A DNA stretch of 63,722 nt, the filler included, from Reclinomonas americana ATCC 50394 (lineage: Eukaryota), in the NCBI GenBank assembly GCA_048213135.1. It is 17 parts of 17 records of this genome, joined end to end, with 100 filler letters (N's around TTAATTAATTAA, not from the genome) between each part and the next. Parts side by side here need not be neighbours in the genome. Positions count along the whole stretch, not along the records: positions 33,354 to 38,777 come from AFZH01023485.1; positions 38,878 to 44,288 come from AFZH01023486.1; positions 44,389 to 45,473 come from AFZH01023487.1; positions 45,574 to 47,524 come from AFZH01023489.1; positions 47,625 to 51,560 come from AFZH01023490.1; 12 more parts are not named here. One strand, 5' to 3'. The notes under the pieces were generated by a model. It was not told the DNA's origin. It saw nothing but the letters and a program-made list of their open reading frames with translations, and ran no database searches. Position numbers and translations under genes: made by a program. Positions 37,950 to 50,149 of this stretch are shown here, piece after piece; positions within the stretch are counted from its first letter, which is position 1, and every line of letters starts with the position of its first letter.

Positions 37950-38777
37950 TCAGCACCGGAAAAGGACGACCTTGGCATCCTCGATGATGAAACAGCGCAG
38001 AACCAGCTCGGGAAGACACTGTGAATCTACTTCTTCCTCGTCCTCCTGCATCTCCTGCAAAGCCAGCATGGCCGACCGCGCAGCGTCGAGTTCGAAGCGA
38101 GCAAGGCCACGCGACGTGGACCACACTCGCACGCTATTGTCTTGACAACCGGCACTCACAATGTGCTGACCATCGGGAGAGACGGCCACAGACGACACCC
38201 ATCCGTCATGTCCCTCCAACCGTCGTACTTCCTCGCCACTTGCCAGAGACCATACCCGCACGGTGCGGTCTCCGCACCCGCCAACGATGTGCTGGCCATC
38301 GGGAGAGACCGCCACGGACGACACCCATTCAGTGTGTCCGTCCAGGCGTCGCACCTCCTTGCCAGCCAGCGACCACACTCGTACTGTGCGGTCTCCACTC
38401 CCACTTACTATGTGTTGACCATCGGGGGTGACGGCGACAGACATCACACCTTCAGTGTGTCCCTCCAGCCGTCGCACTTCCTCCCCGCTCGCCATCAACC
38501 ACACTCGCACGGTGCTGTCTCCGCTCCCGCTAACAATGTGCTCACTATCACGGGTGACAGCGACAGACAACACCCTTGCAGCGTGTCGTTCCATCCGTCG
38601 CACCTCTTCCCCACTCGCCAGAGACCACACTCGTATTGTGCAGTCATAGCCGCCGCTGACAATGTGCTGGCCATCGAAGGCGACGGCGACAGACAACACT
38701 GCATTGGTGTGTCCCTCAAACCGTCGCACTTCTTCTCCACTTGCCATCGACCAGACACGTAGGGTGTTGTCTCCACC
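37950..38777 (-). CDS. Stand-alone WD40 protein copy 2, 5'-truncated by the gap
   Basis: Five full repeats and one partial repeat, plus the same tail. Confidence 0.88.
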   Translation of the reverse strand, partial: GGDNTLRVWSMASGEEVRRFEGHTNAVLSVAVAFDGQHIVSGGYDCTIRVWSLASGEEVRRMERHAARVLSVAVTRDSEHIVSGSGDSTVRVWLMASGEEVRRLEGHTEGVMSVAVTPDGQHIVSGSGDRTVRVWSLAGKEVRRLDGHTEWVSSVAVSPDGQHIVGGCGDRTVRVWSLASGEEVRRLEGHDGWVSSVAVSPDGQHIVSAGCQDNSVRVWSTSRGLARFELDAARSAMLALQEMQEDEEEVDSQCLPELVLRCFIIEDAKVVLFRC

Positions 38778-40017
38778 NNNNNNNNNNNNNNNNNNNNNNN
38801 NNNNNNNNNNNNNNNNNNNNNTTAATTAATTAANNNNNNNNNNNNNNNNNNNNNNNNNNNNNNNNNNNNNNNNNNNNCGATCCACCGACCACGCCACCAT
38901 CGCACATCACGACACGCATGTGTACATCCACCCAGCCACGCTCTCCATGACGTGCACGGCCTGCATGAATGAGGTGAGTAGGAGGGAAAGAGGAAAGAAA
39001 GATCAAGACGAACAAGCCCACGCACCTGCTTCGCGAACGTGCACGGTGGGATATGGGAGGTGAGCCGGCAATGCGCGATGCACAGCGGTAGCCTGTCATC
39101 GTCACGACGTCGACCAACGAGGAGGAGAACGTGCATCCAAGGTGTCTGCATATCGGTGTGCTGTGAGAAAAAGGAATGGAGGAAGGAGAGAGATATCTGC
39201 TCTGTCTCACGTGGCGAACACATCGATCAGCACCTGATACCAACACGCGTTTGTCAAGAGGCAAGCCAAGGGACGTTCACACAACCATCCTGCAAGGGAG
39301 AGACGGAGCAGAGTCAGTATGCAGGTATGCCACCTAACACACTTCGGAGTCGAGATGCTCACCATGATGGACTGGCAATCGATGGCAGTCAGAACACGGT
39401 GAGCGGACCAGCAGCTCGACCTCGAGCGTGTGCGCGAAGGATGGGGTGGATGACTGGGGAGGCAGATGAGCGCACAAGGGAGAGAGATGGCGGAGAAAGA
39501 GAGTGACTCTGCAAGGGTCATGAAAGAGGGAGAGCGGGATGACATGCATTCTTCAGAGCCCGAGGGAGAATGTCCGCGGCGCACATGCACGATGAGAGGA
39601 AGAAAAGTGGCACCAAGAAGGTGAATCAAGAAGCAATGAAACAAATATCGGTGACTTGCTCTCCCGAGGCACATACGCACGACAAAAGATGCACGCGCAA
39701 CACAACAAGACAAGAAAGACACAACAGACTCCCAAGTGCACAAGTGACCCGTCGCGCTTGCACACAAAATGGAGGTGAGAATGAGACACGCATCCAGAGA
39801 GAGAGAGAGATATCCTTCACGCCCACACTCACATTCACATGACAGGGCAACAAGCACGGGAGAACAATTCATCATCATCAACAACGATCTCTCTGCCTTT
39901 CCTCTGTCTTCTCTCTTCCGCCATCCAGCACTCGCACAACCACCCGCAACCCCGCACAAGACACGAAAATAACGCACAATCACCAGTAGCCACCTTCCCA
40001 CACTTCGCCTCACCTTC

Positions 40018-40959
40018 TCAGCACCGGAAAAGGACAACCTCGGCATCCTCGACGATGAAGCAGCGCAGAACCAGCTCGGGAAGACATCGTGAATCTACTT
40101 CCTCCTCGGTGGCCCTCTCCTCCTCCTGCATCTCCTGCACAGCTTGCAAGGCCGACCGCGCGGCGTCGATATCGAGACGAGCAAGGCCACGCGGCGTGGA
40201 CCACACTCTCACGGTCTTGTCGTAGCCACCCGCACTCACAATGTGGAGACCATCGGGAGAGACGGCCACAGACGACACCCATCCAGTGTGTCCCACCAAC
40301 CGTCGCACTTCCTCGCCACTCGCCAAAGACCATACCCGCACGGTGCTGTCCTCGCTCCCACTCACGATTTGCTGACAATCCGGAGTGACGGCGACACAAT
40401 ACACCCTTGCAGTGTGTCCCTCCAACCGTCGCACTTCTTCTCCACTCGCCAGTGACCACATTCTCACCGTTTTGTCCCTACCGCCACTCACGACGTGTTG
40501 ACCATCGCGATATCGGGGGTGACGACGACAGACATCACACCTTCAGTGTGTCCCTCCAACCGTCGCACCTCCATCCCACTCTCCAGCAACCACACACGTA
40601 GGGTGTTGTCTCCACCTCCACTCACGATGTGCTGGCCATCAGGGGTGACGGCGACAGACTGCAACCATGCAGTGTGTCCCACAAGCCGTCGCACCTCCTT
40701 GCCACTCGCCAAAGACCACACTCGAACGGTACTGTCCATGCATCCACCAACAATGTGCTTACCATCGGGAGTGACGACGACGGACCACACCACATCGAGA
40801 CTCTGAATGATCTGTGCCGATCATTCGCAGTGAGACGCACACGCAGCAGCGACATTCGAAGACACGCAAACAATAACTGCACACACGCACGAGCACACGA
40901 ATGCACGCACAGACACCAACCACGCAAAAGTTCGCACACATTCACACCTTTGTTGCCAT
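40018..40959 (-). pseudogene. Stand-alone WD40 copy 3: five repeats, frameshifted by an 8-nt insertion at 40504-40515
   Basis: MATK|IIQS start. ATCG-CGAT-ATCG replaces ATCG in repeat 3. The tail is intact. Confidence 0.85.
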
Positions 40960-41012
40960 TCTCCGTGCGTTGTGTGTGTGCGCGCGTGTGTGTTCGTGCG
41001 TGCGTGTGTGTT

Positions 41013-41043
<31 letters not shown>

Positions 41044-41916
41044 GTGTGTATGTGTGTGAGAAGCACTCTGATTCATCGGACGGAACATCAACATCAACTC
41101 TCGCGCGTGCGCGTGCGCCTCGCGGTGCCGTCTGTGTTTCTGTGCCCCCTGTCTCTCCGCGTCCCCGTCGTGGAGCTCCATTCTCCAACTGCGATGTGAG
41201 CGAGATGTTGCGGCATTGAATGTGCATGCATGCATGCCGAGCCAGTTCCAACTCGACACGCCATGAGCATCAACCCCCTCCGAGCCACGCGTGTGAGTCG
41301 GGTGGAGAGGCAACACCACACGATTCAGAAAGAGAGCGAAGAGGCAGCGCAGTTCGTGAGTGGGGTGCGTCACACCAGTTATCTGGGCACACACGCACGC
41401 GCGGGAAACGAGTGCGCAGGGCAAGTGCACTCCCTCCCCGTGGCGTGTGTGGCAAGAAGAGTGGCCATCTGAATCGATGCTTGGTGAGCTCTCCATGATC
41501 ACGCGGTACCAGTGAGAAGGGGAGGCGGGCGAAGATGCCGCTGGCCGCTGCTTCAAAAAGCGACAGGCTGGCATCCACGCCGCGTTCGAATGACAGGGCG
41601 ACATGAGGGGTGGGGGTGTGTATGAGCGAGGACTCGCTTAATGCCGAGCAGAACGCTTGTCTATTCATCCATGGCCTCACCTCAACCACCCACACACACA
41701 CACACCTCGCACTCGGCATGCTCTTCTTGCACTCCCACTGCACTGCGCTGTGCTGTATCTGCTTTCCGGCTGCCTGCACTTGGCAAGGCAGTGGAGAAGC
41801 ACGTGTGAGGCGGTGTGGTTGTCAACAAAACAGAGTTACGCGCAATGACAGCCATCGGTCTTCGTACATTCATCGAGCTCACTCCGTCCAGCACCTTCCA
41901 GGCGCACGGCGTTCAA

Positions 41917-42150
41917 TCATCTCTCCTCCAACACAAAACACCGCAGCACGACGTCGACGAGGATCCAGTCACAGTCATCTTCGGCAAGCAGCTCGTTGAC
42001 AGCCAGCACGGCCAGTCGTGCGGCCGCGAGCTCCTGCCGCGCCAGCTCACGCGGCGTGGACCACACTCGGATCGTTTTATCCGCACTCCCACTGGCCATC
42101 GGGAGTAACGACGACAGAGTATACCCATCCAGTGTGTCCCCCCCAACCGT
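41917..42150 (-). pseudogene. WD40-family relic: one deleted repeat plus a divergent tail
   Basis: GHTGWVYSVVVTPDGQ / frameshift / GSADKTIRVWSTPRELARQELAAAR..VVLRCFVLE. Confidence 0.8.
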
Positions 42151-44759
42151 CCAACACTGCGCAACAGGAACAAAGGCAAGAAGAAACAATCAGATGAGAG
42201 AGTGGGTTGTGAGCAAGCAGACAGACATCGGCGAACGGGATGGAATGATGAGAATGAGAGAGGAGTAGCTTGCTGCAATTACGTGGGTGCAAAAGAAAGA
42301 GAAGAGAGAGAGGGTAGGCGCCGGCACATATCGGAATGGGGAGGAAGAGGAGAGCAGGCGAGGAACGCGGCACAGTGACGAGCAAGCATCCCTCAATCGA
42401 CACGAAGCAGAACAATGCGAGACGAGAAGAAAGAGAGAGTGGGCGCACGGAGGCATGAACAATGCAAGTGCATGACATGAAGGAGAGAGAACAGGGCGGA
42501 TCTTGAGAAGCGGACGATGGGAGGCATTGAAAGGGAAGCCATTGAAGAGCGATCAGCTGACGCAGGAGAGAAAGAAACAAGGTGAAGGAGAAGGAGAGTG
42601 GGAGGAGGCGTGAAGGATACCAGTGAATAGAGATCAAGGAAGGAGAAAGGGACGGAAAAGGGAGGCCCTTGAAGCACAGAGGTGAGGAGAGTGAGAGAGG
42701 ATGGAGGCGCGAAGGATGCAAGTGAAAAGAGATCAACGAAAAGCAACAAGGGCGGCTCACGGGAAGGGGACAGTGCAGAGGAGAGAGACCAAGAATGGAA
42801 GGCAATAGAAGACACAAGAAACAGCGAGACGAGGCGAGACGAGGTGAGGAGAGTGAGAGTGGGAGGAGGCGTGAAGGATACAAGTGAAAAGAGATCAAGG
42901 AAGGAGAAAGGGACGGAAAAGGGAGGCCCTTGAAGCACAGAGAGGTGAGGAGAGTGAGAGTGGGAAGAGTCGTGAAGAATGCAAGTGAAAAGAGATCAAG
43001 GAAAAGCAACAAGGGTGGCTCATGGGAAGGGGACAATGCAGAGGAGAGAGGCCAAGAATGGAAGGCAATGGAAGACACAAGAAAGAGCGAAACGAGACGA
43101 GGTGAGGAAAAGGAGAGTGGGAGGAGGCGTGAAGGAAGCAAGTGAAAAGAGACCAAGGAAGGAGAAAGGGACCGAAAAGGGAAGTCCTCGAAGCACAGAG
43201 AGGTGAGAGAGGATGGAGGCGCGAAGGATGCAAGTGAAAAAAGATCAAGGAAAAGCAACAAGGGTGGCTCACGGGAAGGGGCAACGGAGAGGAAAGAGGC
43301 CAAGAAGGGAAGGCAATAGAAGACACAAGAAAGAGCGAAACGAGACGAGACGAGGTGAGGAAAAGGAGAGTGGGAGGAGGCGTGAAGGAAGCAAGTAAAT
43401 AAGACCAACGCGAGTGGATAATGGAAGTGAGGAAGAACGAGAGAGAAAAGAAACGTGAATTGCTCACCTGCTCAGTATATATGTGAGACACAAGAACACA
43501 GTCGGCGTAGAGGCGGACAGGGAGAGATCTGAATGTGATGCTGGAGCGCGCCAGTGCGAGGCACATGCACACATCTCGTCGCCACGGCGCTCCGTCTTGC
43601 ACAACACAATGGACAGATGGTGCGATGGCAGGCCTCACTCCCCTGCGACATGAGAGCGCATGTATGAGCAAAGAAAAAAAGCAGAGCAGCCGGCACTCGT
43701 GTGGCACCACCACAAGCACACACCGATCGACAGAAAATGCGTGTGGGCATATTCGAGCAGTCGAGGAACACAGCGGCAAGTGACAGGATGCCGCCCAGCT
43801 GCACCTGCTGCAGTAGAGTATGTGGACCAGACGAGTCGAAATGCGTCCCGCATCTGTCGCAGAAGTGGCATCATGCGCGTGTCAGTGCATGCCCATGCTG
43901 GTCGCCCTCCCTTCAACCTCAAATCGCAAACGATCCTCTTCTCTCTCTATCCACTCCTCTCACCCTCCCGTCAACTCACCCCGCACGTGTGTATCGTCGA
44001 ACGCCACCAGCATCATCAGCTGCTGCTGTGGAGGAGTGCGTGACGGTCGATCAACGCAGCGCCACCAACAGGAAGAAGAACAAGATGCGCCACATTGCGA
44101 ATCCGGCGGTGGCCGACGACTGGCTCACACGAGCTCCCATCGATATCACGCCGGCTGACAAGCGACGATCGAAGGGCACCGCTCTCACACACAATCATCG
44201 CCTGCAGGCGGAGAACGAGAGAAGGTGAGTGTGGGCGGAGAATTGGGCGAAGAAGGAGGGCGTAGAGAGTGAATCAGTGAATCTGAAGNNNNNNNNNNNN
44301 NNNNNNNNNNNNNNNNNNNNNNNNNNNNNNNNTTAATTAATTAANNNNNNNNNNNNNNNNNNNNNNNNNNNNNNNNNNNNNNNNNNNNGAGCAAGAAAGG
44401 CGACGGAGTGGAAAGTCTGCCATCCCGCTCATTGCAGCAGAGGGGGGAAAGTGGGGAAGAGGGAAGGGGAGAGAGCTCAAGGAGAAAGTCGAGAGGTTGA
44501 GAATGGGAAGAGGAGGAGGATGGGGAGTGAGGAAAACAAACCAGCAGGAACAAGCATGCAATCACACACACACACACACACTCTTTCTCTCTCTCTCACA
44601 CACACACACACATGCTGTTGCAATCGATGGCGGTTATTGTGAAGGAAGAAAACGACAAGCAGCGTGTCGCAATGCCGCGTGCGGTCTGCATGCAATACGC
44701 GTACGCTCCTGTTTGACGAGCCAGGCATGACTGGATCAATGGTGAGAAACGGAGAGCGA

Positions 44760-45473
44760 GAGTGGGGAAGAAGGAACAATGCAACAGGGACAGCACACAG
44801 AAACGTCCGAACCTTAAGCTTGCGATGCATGCACCGGCGACGGTGGAGACAGGGAGAGAGACAACTCTCCATTTGAGCGGGATCACGGATCGAGCTGCTG
44901 AACAGACACAATGGATGAATGAGTGAGCGAGGAGCTCGAGAGCGAGAGAAGGGGGGAGAAGGAACAATGTAACACGGACAACTCACAGAGACGTCCGAGC
45001 CTTGCGATGCATGCACCGGCGATGGCGGAGACGTCAGGGAGAGAGACAGCTCTCCATTTGAGCGGGATAACGAATCGAGCTGCTGAACAGACACAATGAA
45101 TGAATGAGTGAGATAGCGAGGAGAGCGAGAGAGGGGAAGAAGGAACAATGCAACAGGGACAACTCACAGAGACGTCCGAGCCTTGCGATGCATGCACCGG
45201 CGATGGTGGAGACGGAGAGAGAGACAACTCTCCATCAGGATCACCGATCGTGCTGCTGAGCAGACACATCGAATGAATGAGTGCACGTGATTGAGGAGAG
45301 CGAGGGAGGGGGAGAAGGAACAATGCAACAGGGACAACTCACAGAGACGTCCGAGCCTTGCGATGCATGCACCGGCGATGGTGGAGACAGGGAGGGAGAC
45401 AGCTCTCCATTTGAGCAGGATCGCGGATCGAGCTGCTGAACAGACACAATGAATGAATGAGTGAGTGAGGCAC
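44760..45473 (-). repeat. ~180-bp tandem repeat, 4 units, with exon-intron-like structure
   Basis: Recurrent GAAGGAACAATGCAACAGGGACAACTCACAGAGACGTCCGA...GCTGCTGAACAGACACAATGAATGAATGAGTGAG. Confidence 0.9.
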
Positions 45474-45759
45474 NNNNNNNNNNNNNNNNNNNNNNNNNNN
45501 NNNNNNNNNNNNNNNNNTTAATTAATTAANNNNNNNNNNNNNNNNNNNNNNNNNNNNNNNNNNNNNNNNNNNNTTGTTGCAATTGTATCTGCTTTCCGGC
45601 TGCCTGCACTTGGCAAGGCAGCGGAGAAGCACGTGTGAGCCGGTGTGGCGGTCAACAGGAGAGAGTCGCGCACAGACAGCCATCGTTCATCGAACATTCA
45701 TTGAGCTCACTCCGTCCAGCACCATCCAGGCGCACGGCGTTCAATCACCTCTGCATCCT

Positions 45760-45985
45760 CCAACACAAAACACCGCAGCACAACATCGACGAGGATCCAG
45801 TCACAGTCATCTTCTTCGGCAAGCAGCTCGTTGACGGCCAGCGCGGCCAGTCGTGCGGCAGCAAGCTCTTGCCTCGCCAGCCCACGCGGCGAGGACCACA
45901 CACGGATCGCTTTATCCGCACTCCCACTGGCCATCGGGAGTAACGACGACAGAGTATGCCCATCCCTAACCGTCCAACACTGTGC
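45760..45985 (-). pseudogene. Second WD40-family relic
   Basis: Carries the same deletion as the 41917 relic plus one more. Tail SSPRGLARQELAAAR..VVLRCFVLE. Confidence 0.8.
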
Positions 45986-48559
45986 GCGACAGGAACAAAG
46001 GCAAGAAGAAACAATCAGATGAGAGAGTGGATTGTGAAGCAAGGGGACAGACATCGGCGAACGGGATGGAATGAGGAGAATGAGAGAGGAGTAGCGTGCT
46101 GCAATTACGTGGGTGCAAAAGAAGAAGAAGAGAGAGAGAGAGAGGAGGGTAGGCAACAAATCGGAGGTGGGGAGGAAGAGGATAGCAAGCGAGGAACGCG
46201 GCACAGTGACGAGCAAGCATCCCTCAATGGACACGAAGCAGAACAATGCGAGACGAGAAGAAAGAGAGAGAGTGGGCGCACGGGGGCATGAACAATGCAA
46301 GTGCATGACATGAAGGAGAGAGAACAGGGCGGATCTTGAGGAGCGGACGATGAAGACAGGAGGGAGGCATTGAAAGGGAAGCCATTGAAGAGCGATCAGC
46401 TGACACAGGAGAGAAAGAAACGAGGTGGAGAAGGAGAGTGAGTGGAGGCGTGAAGGATGCATGTGAAAAAAGTTCAAGGAAGGCGAAAGGGACCGAAAAG
46501 GGAAGTCCTTGAAGCAGAGAGGTGAGGGGAAAGAGAGTGAGAGTGGATGGAGGCGTGAAGGATACAAGTGAAAAGAGATCAACGAAAAGCAACAGGGGCG
46601 GCTCACGGGAAGGGGACAATGCAGAGGAGAGAGACCAAGAATGGAAGGCAATGGAAGCCACAAGAAAGAGCGAAACGAGACGAGGTGAGGCGAGGAGAAG
46701 GAGAGTTGGAGGAGTCGTGAAGGAAGCAAGTGAAAAGAGACCAAGGAAGGAGAAAGGGACCGAAAAAGGAGGCCCTTGAAGCAGAGAGGTGAGGAGAGTG
46801 AGAGAGGATGGAGGCGCGAAGGATGCAAGTGAAAAAAGATCAACGAAAAGCAACAAAGGGTGGCTCACGGGAAGGGGACAATGCAGAGGAGAGAGACCAA
46901 GAATGGAAGGCAATGGAAGACACAAGAAAGAGCGAAACGAGACGAAACGAGGTGAGGAAGAGGAGAGTGGGAGGAGTCGTGAAGGAAGCAAGTGAATAAG
47001 ACCAACGCGAGTGGACAATGGAAGTGAGGAAGAACGAGAGACAAAAGAAACATGAATCGCTCACCTGCTCAGTATATATGTGAGACACAAGAACACAGTC
47101 GGCGTAGAGACGGACAGGGGGAGATCTGAATGTGATGCTGGAGCGCGCCAGTGCGAGGCACATGCACACTTCTCGTCACCACGGCGCTCCGTCTCGCACA
47201 ACACAAAGGACAGATGGTGCGATGGCAGGCCTCACTCCCCTGCGACATGAGAGCGCATGTATGAGCAAAGAAAAAAAGCAGAGCAGCCGGCATTCGTGTT
47301 GCATGCACCACAAGCACACACCGATCGACAGAAAACGCGTGTGGGCATTCGAGCAGTCAAGGGACACCGCGGCAAGTGACAGGATGCCGCCCAGCAGCAC
47401 CTGCTGCAGTAGAGCATGTGGACCAGGCGAGTCGAAATGCGTCTTGCATCTGTCGCAGAAGTGGCATCATGCGCGTGTCAGTGCATGACCATGCTGGTCG
47501 CTCCACCCAACCTCAAATCGCAAANNNNNNNNNNNNNNNNNNNNNNNNNNNNNNNNNNNNNNNNNNNNTTAATTAATTAANNNNNNNNNNNNNNNNNNNN
47601 NNNNNNNNNNNNNNNNNNNNNNNNTGTGTGTGTGTGTGTGCAAGCAGCTGCTCATGCACGATGTCACAAGCGTGCCACACTCATCCTCCTCCTCATTCTC
47701 CGGGTCTCCTCGCAAAACACACACACGAGAGAATGTGTGCCAGCGACGAAACACGGTCACTCGCTCATGCATGCACGATCACACGCAAGCCGAACCACTG
47801 ATGCTCCGCTCGTGCATCAGCGCATCACACCACACAACAGAAGAAGAAGAAGAAAGAGCGGCGGAGAGAGGTGTGCGGGACAAATGATGCGACGTTGGAC
47901 AACGTGTGGGCCTGTCTTTTCTCCCTCTCCTTGCTGGTATTCATCGCAGAGGCAGTGTGTGCAGGAGAGTAAGATGCAGAGAGCTGATGCATACATTACG
48001 CCACCACGACAGCCACCACCACAGCCACCCAGTCCGCGATGATCGTGGTTCCCGAATCAATCGGCAATCACGCCACACTGCAGACCAAGGACGGAGGCAA
48101 AAGCCACGGAGGAGGAGGAAGAGAGGAAGAGATGGATGGAGCGGCGCTGTGCCAATCTCCCTGCACCGCTTGAACATCGACTGTGGCCGATGGGAGAGAG
48201 AGAGCAAGGGAGGCGACGGAGTGGAGAGTCTGTCATCCCGCTCGTTGCAGCAGAGGGGGGAAAGTGGGGAAGGGGGAAGGGGAGAGAGCTCAAGGAGAAA
48301 GTTGAGAGGTTGAGGGTGGGAGGAGGAGGAGGATGGGGAGTGAGGAAAACAAACCAGCAGGAACAAGCATGCCAACATACACACACACAATCTTTCTCAC
48401 TCTCTCTCACACACACATGCAGTTGCAATCGATGGCGGTTATTGCGAAGGAAGAAAACGACAAGCAGCGTGTCGCAATGCCGAGTGCGGTCTGCATGCGA
48501 TACGCTCCTGTTTGACGAGCCAGGCAAGACTGGATCGATGGTGAGAAACGGAGAGCGAG

Positions 48560-49445
48560 GGAGGGGGGAGTAGGAACAATGCAACAGGGACAACTCACAG
48601 AGACTTCCGAACCTTGCGATGCATGCACCGGCGATGGTGGAGACAGGGAGAGAGAAAACTCTCCATTTGAGCGGGATCACGGATCGAGCTGCTGAACAGA
48701 CACAATGAATGAATGAGTGAGTGAGGAGAGAGAGAGGGAGAAAGAACAATGCAACAGGGACAACTCACAGTGACGTCCGGGCCTTGTGATGCATGCACCG
48801 GCGATGGGTGGGAGACAGGGAGAGAGAAAACTCTCCATTTGAGCAGGATCACGGATCGAGCTGCTGAACATGTACAGACACAATGAATGAATGAGTGAGC
48901 GAGTAGAGCGAGGGAGGGGGGAGAAGGAACAATACAACAGGGACAACTCACAGAGACGTCTGAACCTTGCGATGCATGCACCGGCGATGGTGGAGATAGG
49001 GAGAGAGACAACTTTCCACTTGAGCGGGGGATCACGGATCGTGCTGCTGAACAGACACAATGAATGAATGAGTGAGCGAGTAGAGCGAGAGAAGGGGGGA
49101 GAAGGAACAATGCAACAGGGACAACTCACAGAGACGTCCGAACCTTGCGATGCATGCACCGGCGATGGTGGAGACAGGGAGAGAGAAAACTCTCCATTTG
49201 AGCGGGATCACGGATCGTGCTGCTGATCATGAACAGACACAATGAATGAATGAGTGAGTGAGGAGAGCGAGGGAGGGGGGAGAAGGAACAATGCAACATG
49301 GACAACTCACAGAGACGTCCGAGCCTTGCGATATCGATGCATGCACCGGCGATGGTGGGAAACAGGGAGAGAGACAGCTCTCCATTTGAGCAGGATCACG
49401 GATCGAGATGCTGAACAGACACAATGGATGAATGAGTGAGCGAGG
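48560..49445 (-). repeat. ~180-bp tandem repeat, 5 units, same family as 44760-45473
   Basis: Same unit. The upstream flank 48200-48560 also matches 44389-44760. Confidence 0.9.
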
Positions 49446-50149
49446 CAGACACGGTTGATTTCTCATCCACACCCCACGGCGCACAAACACGCACGCGTAC
49501 GTACCTCCAAAAGATGCCCGTGTCGCCATATCCAGCAGGTCATCTTCTTTTCTCCTTCTTCTCCTCCTCCTCTTCCTCAAGGAGAAGACGATGAAATGGC
49601 ACAACGTTAACAGCAATGACTGAGGGCCGCTAACGAAATTCGGTGGAGGCGAATTGGGATCAATAATCGTCAGCAGATGGAGGAGGTGGAGGTGCGAGTC
49701 GCGCTCCCTGAGTGTTTCTTGCATCATCAACCAGAGCGCCTGTGTGAGCAGGAAACCATGCTGATGAGCGAGCGTGAGGAGAGAGAAAAAAAAAAGAGAA
49801 ACAGGACGATGGCCTGCTGCGGTGTGGAGGTTTCTCTTCTCTTCGTCTCTCTAGCGACCAGTCTTTCCCTCCCTCTCTCCCACACCGACACCGCTTCTTG
49901 CGTCAAGTACACGAAGATTGATCTTCCTTCTGTGTTCTGCAAGCCAACGGCTCAAAATGGCAGCAACAGCAACCACACACACACGAATTCGAAGACATTC
50001 ACTCGTTGCGCATCGGAAGAATAGAAAACGGGACAAGCGGCGGACAGCACGGCCGTGAGAACAAAGTGGGTGGAGAGAGAAGAGAAAGAGAGTAGGGATG
50101 ACGAATGAACGAGGGAAGGAAGAGTGAATAAAGAAAGGATGGAGAAGGA

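Larger units (their letters stand above)
33530..40959 (-). repeat. Tandem segmental duplication: three copies of a WD40 gene + ~1.2-kb 3' flank cassette
   Basis: Flanks 33530-34698, 36730-37949 and 38878-40017 align by eye, and each lies next to a WD40 gene ending VVLFRC*. Confidence 0.9.
41750..47524. repeat. ~2-kb segmental duplication (41750-43930 vs 45580-47524) with purine-rich higher-order repeats (42560-43400; 46400-47000)
   Basis: The two blocks are colinear and near-identical by eye. Confidence 0.88.
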
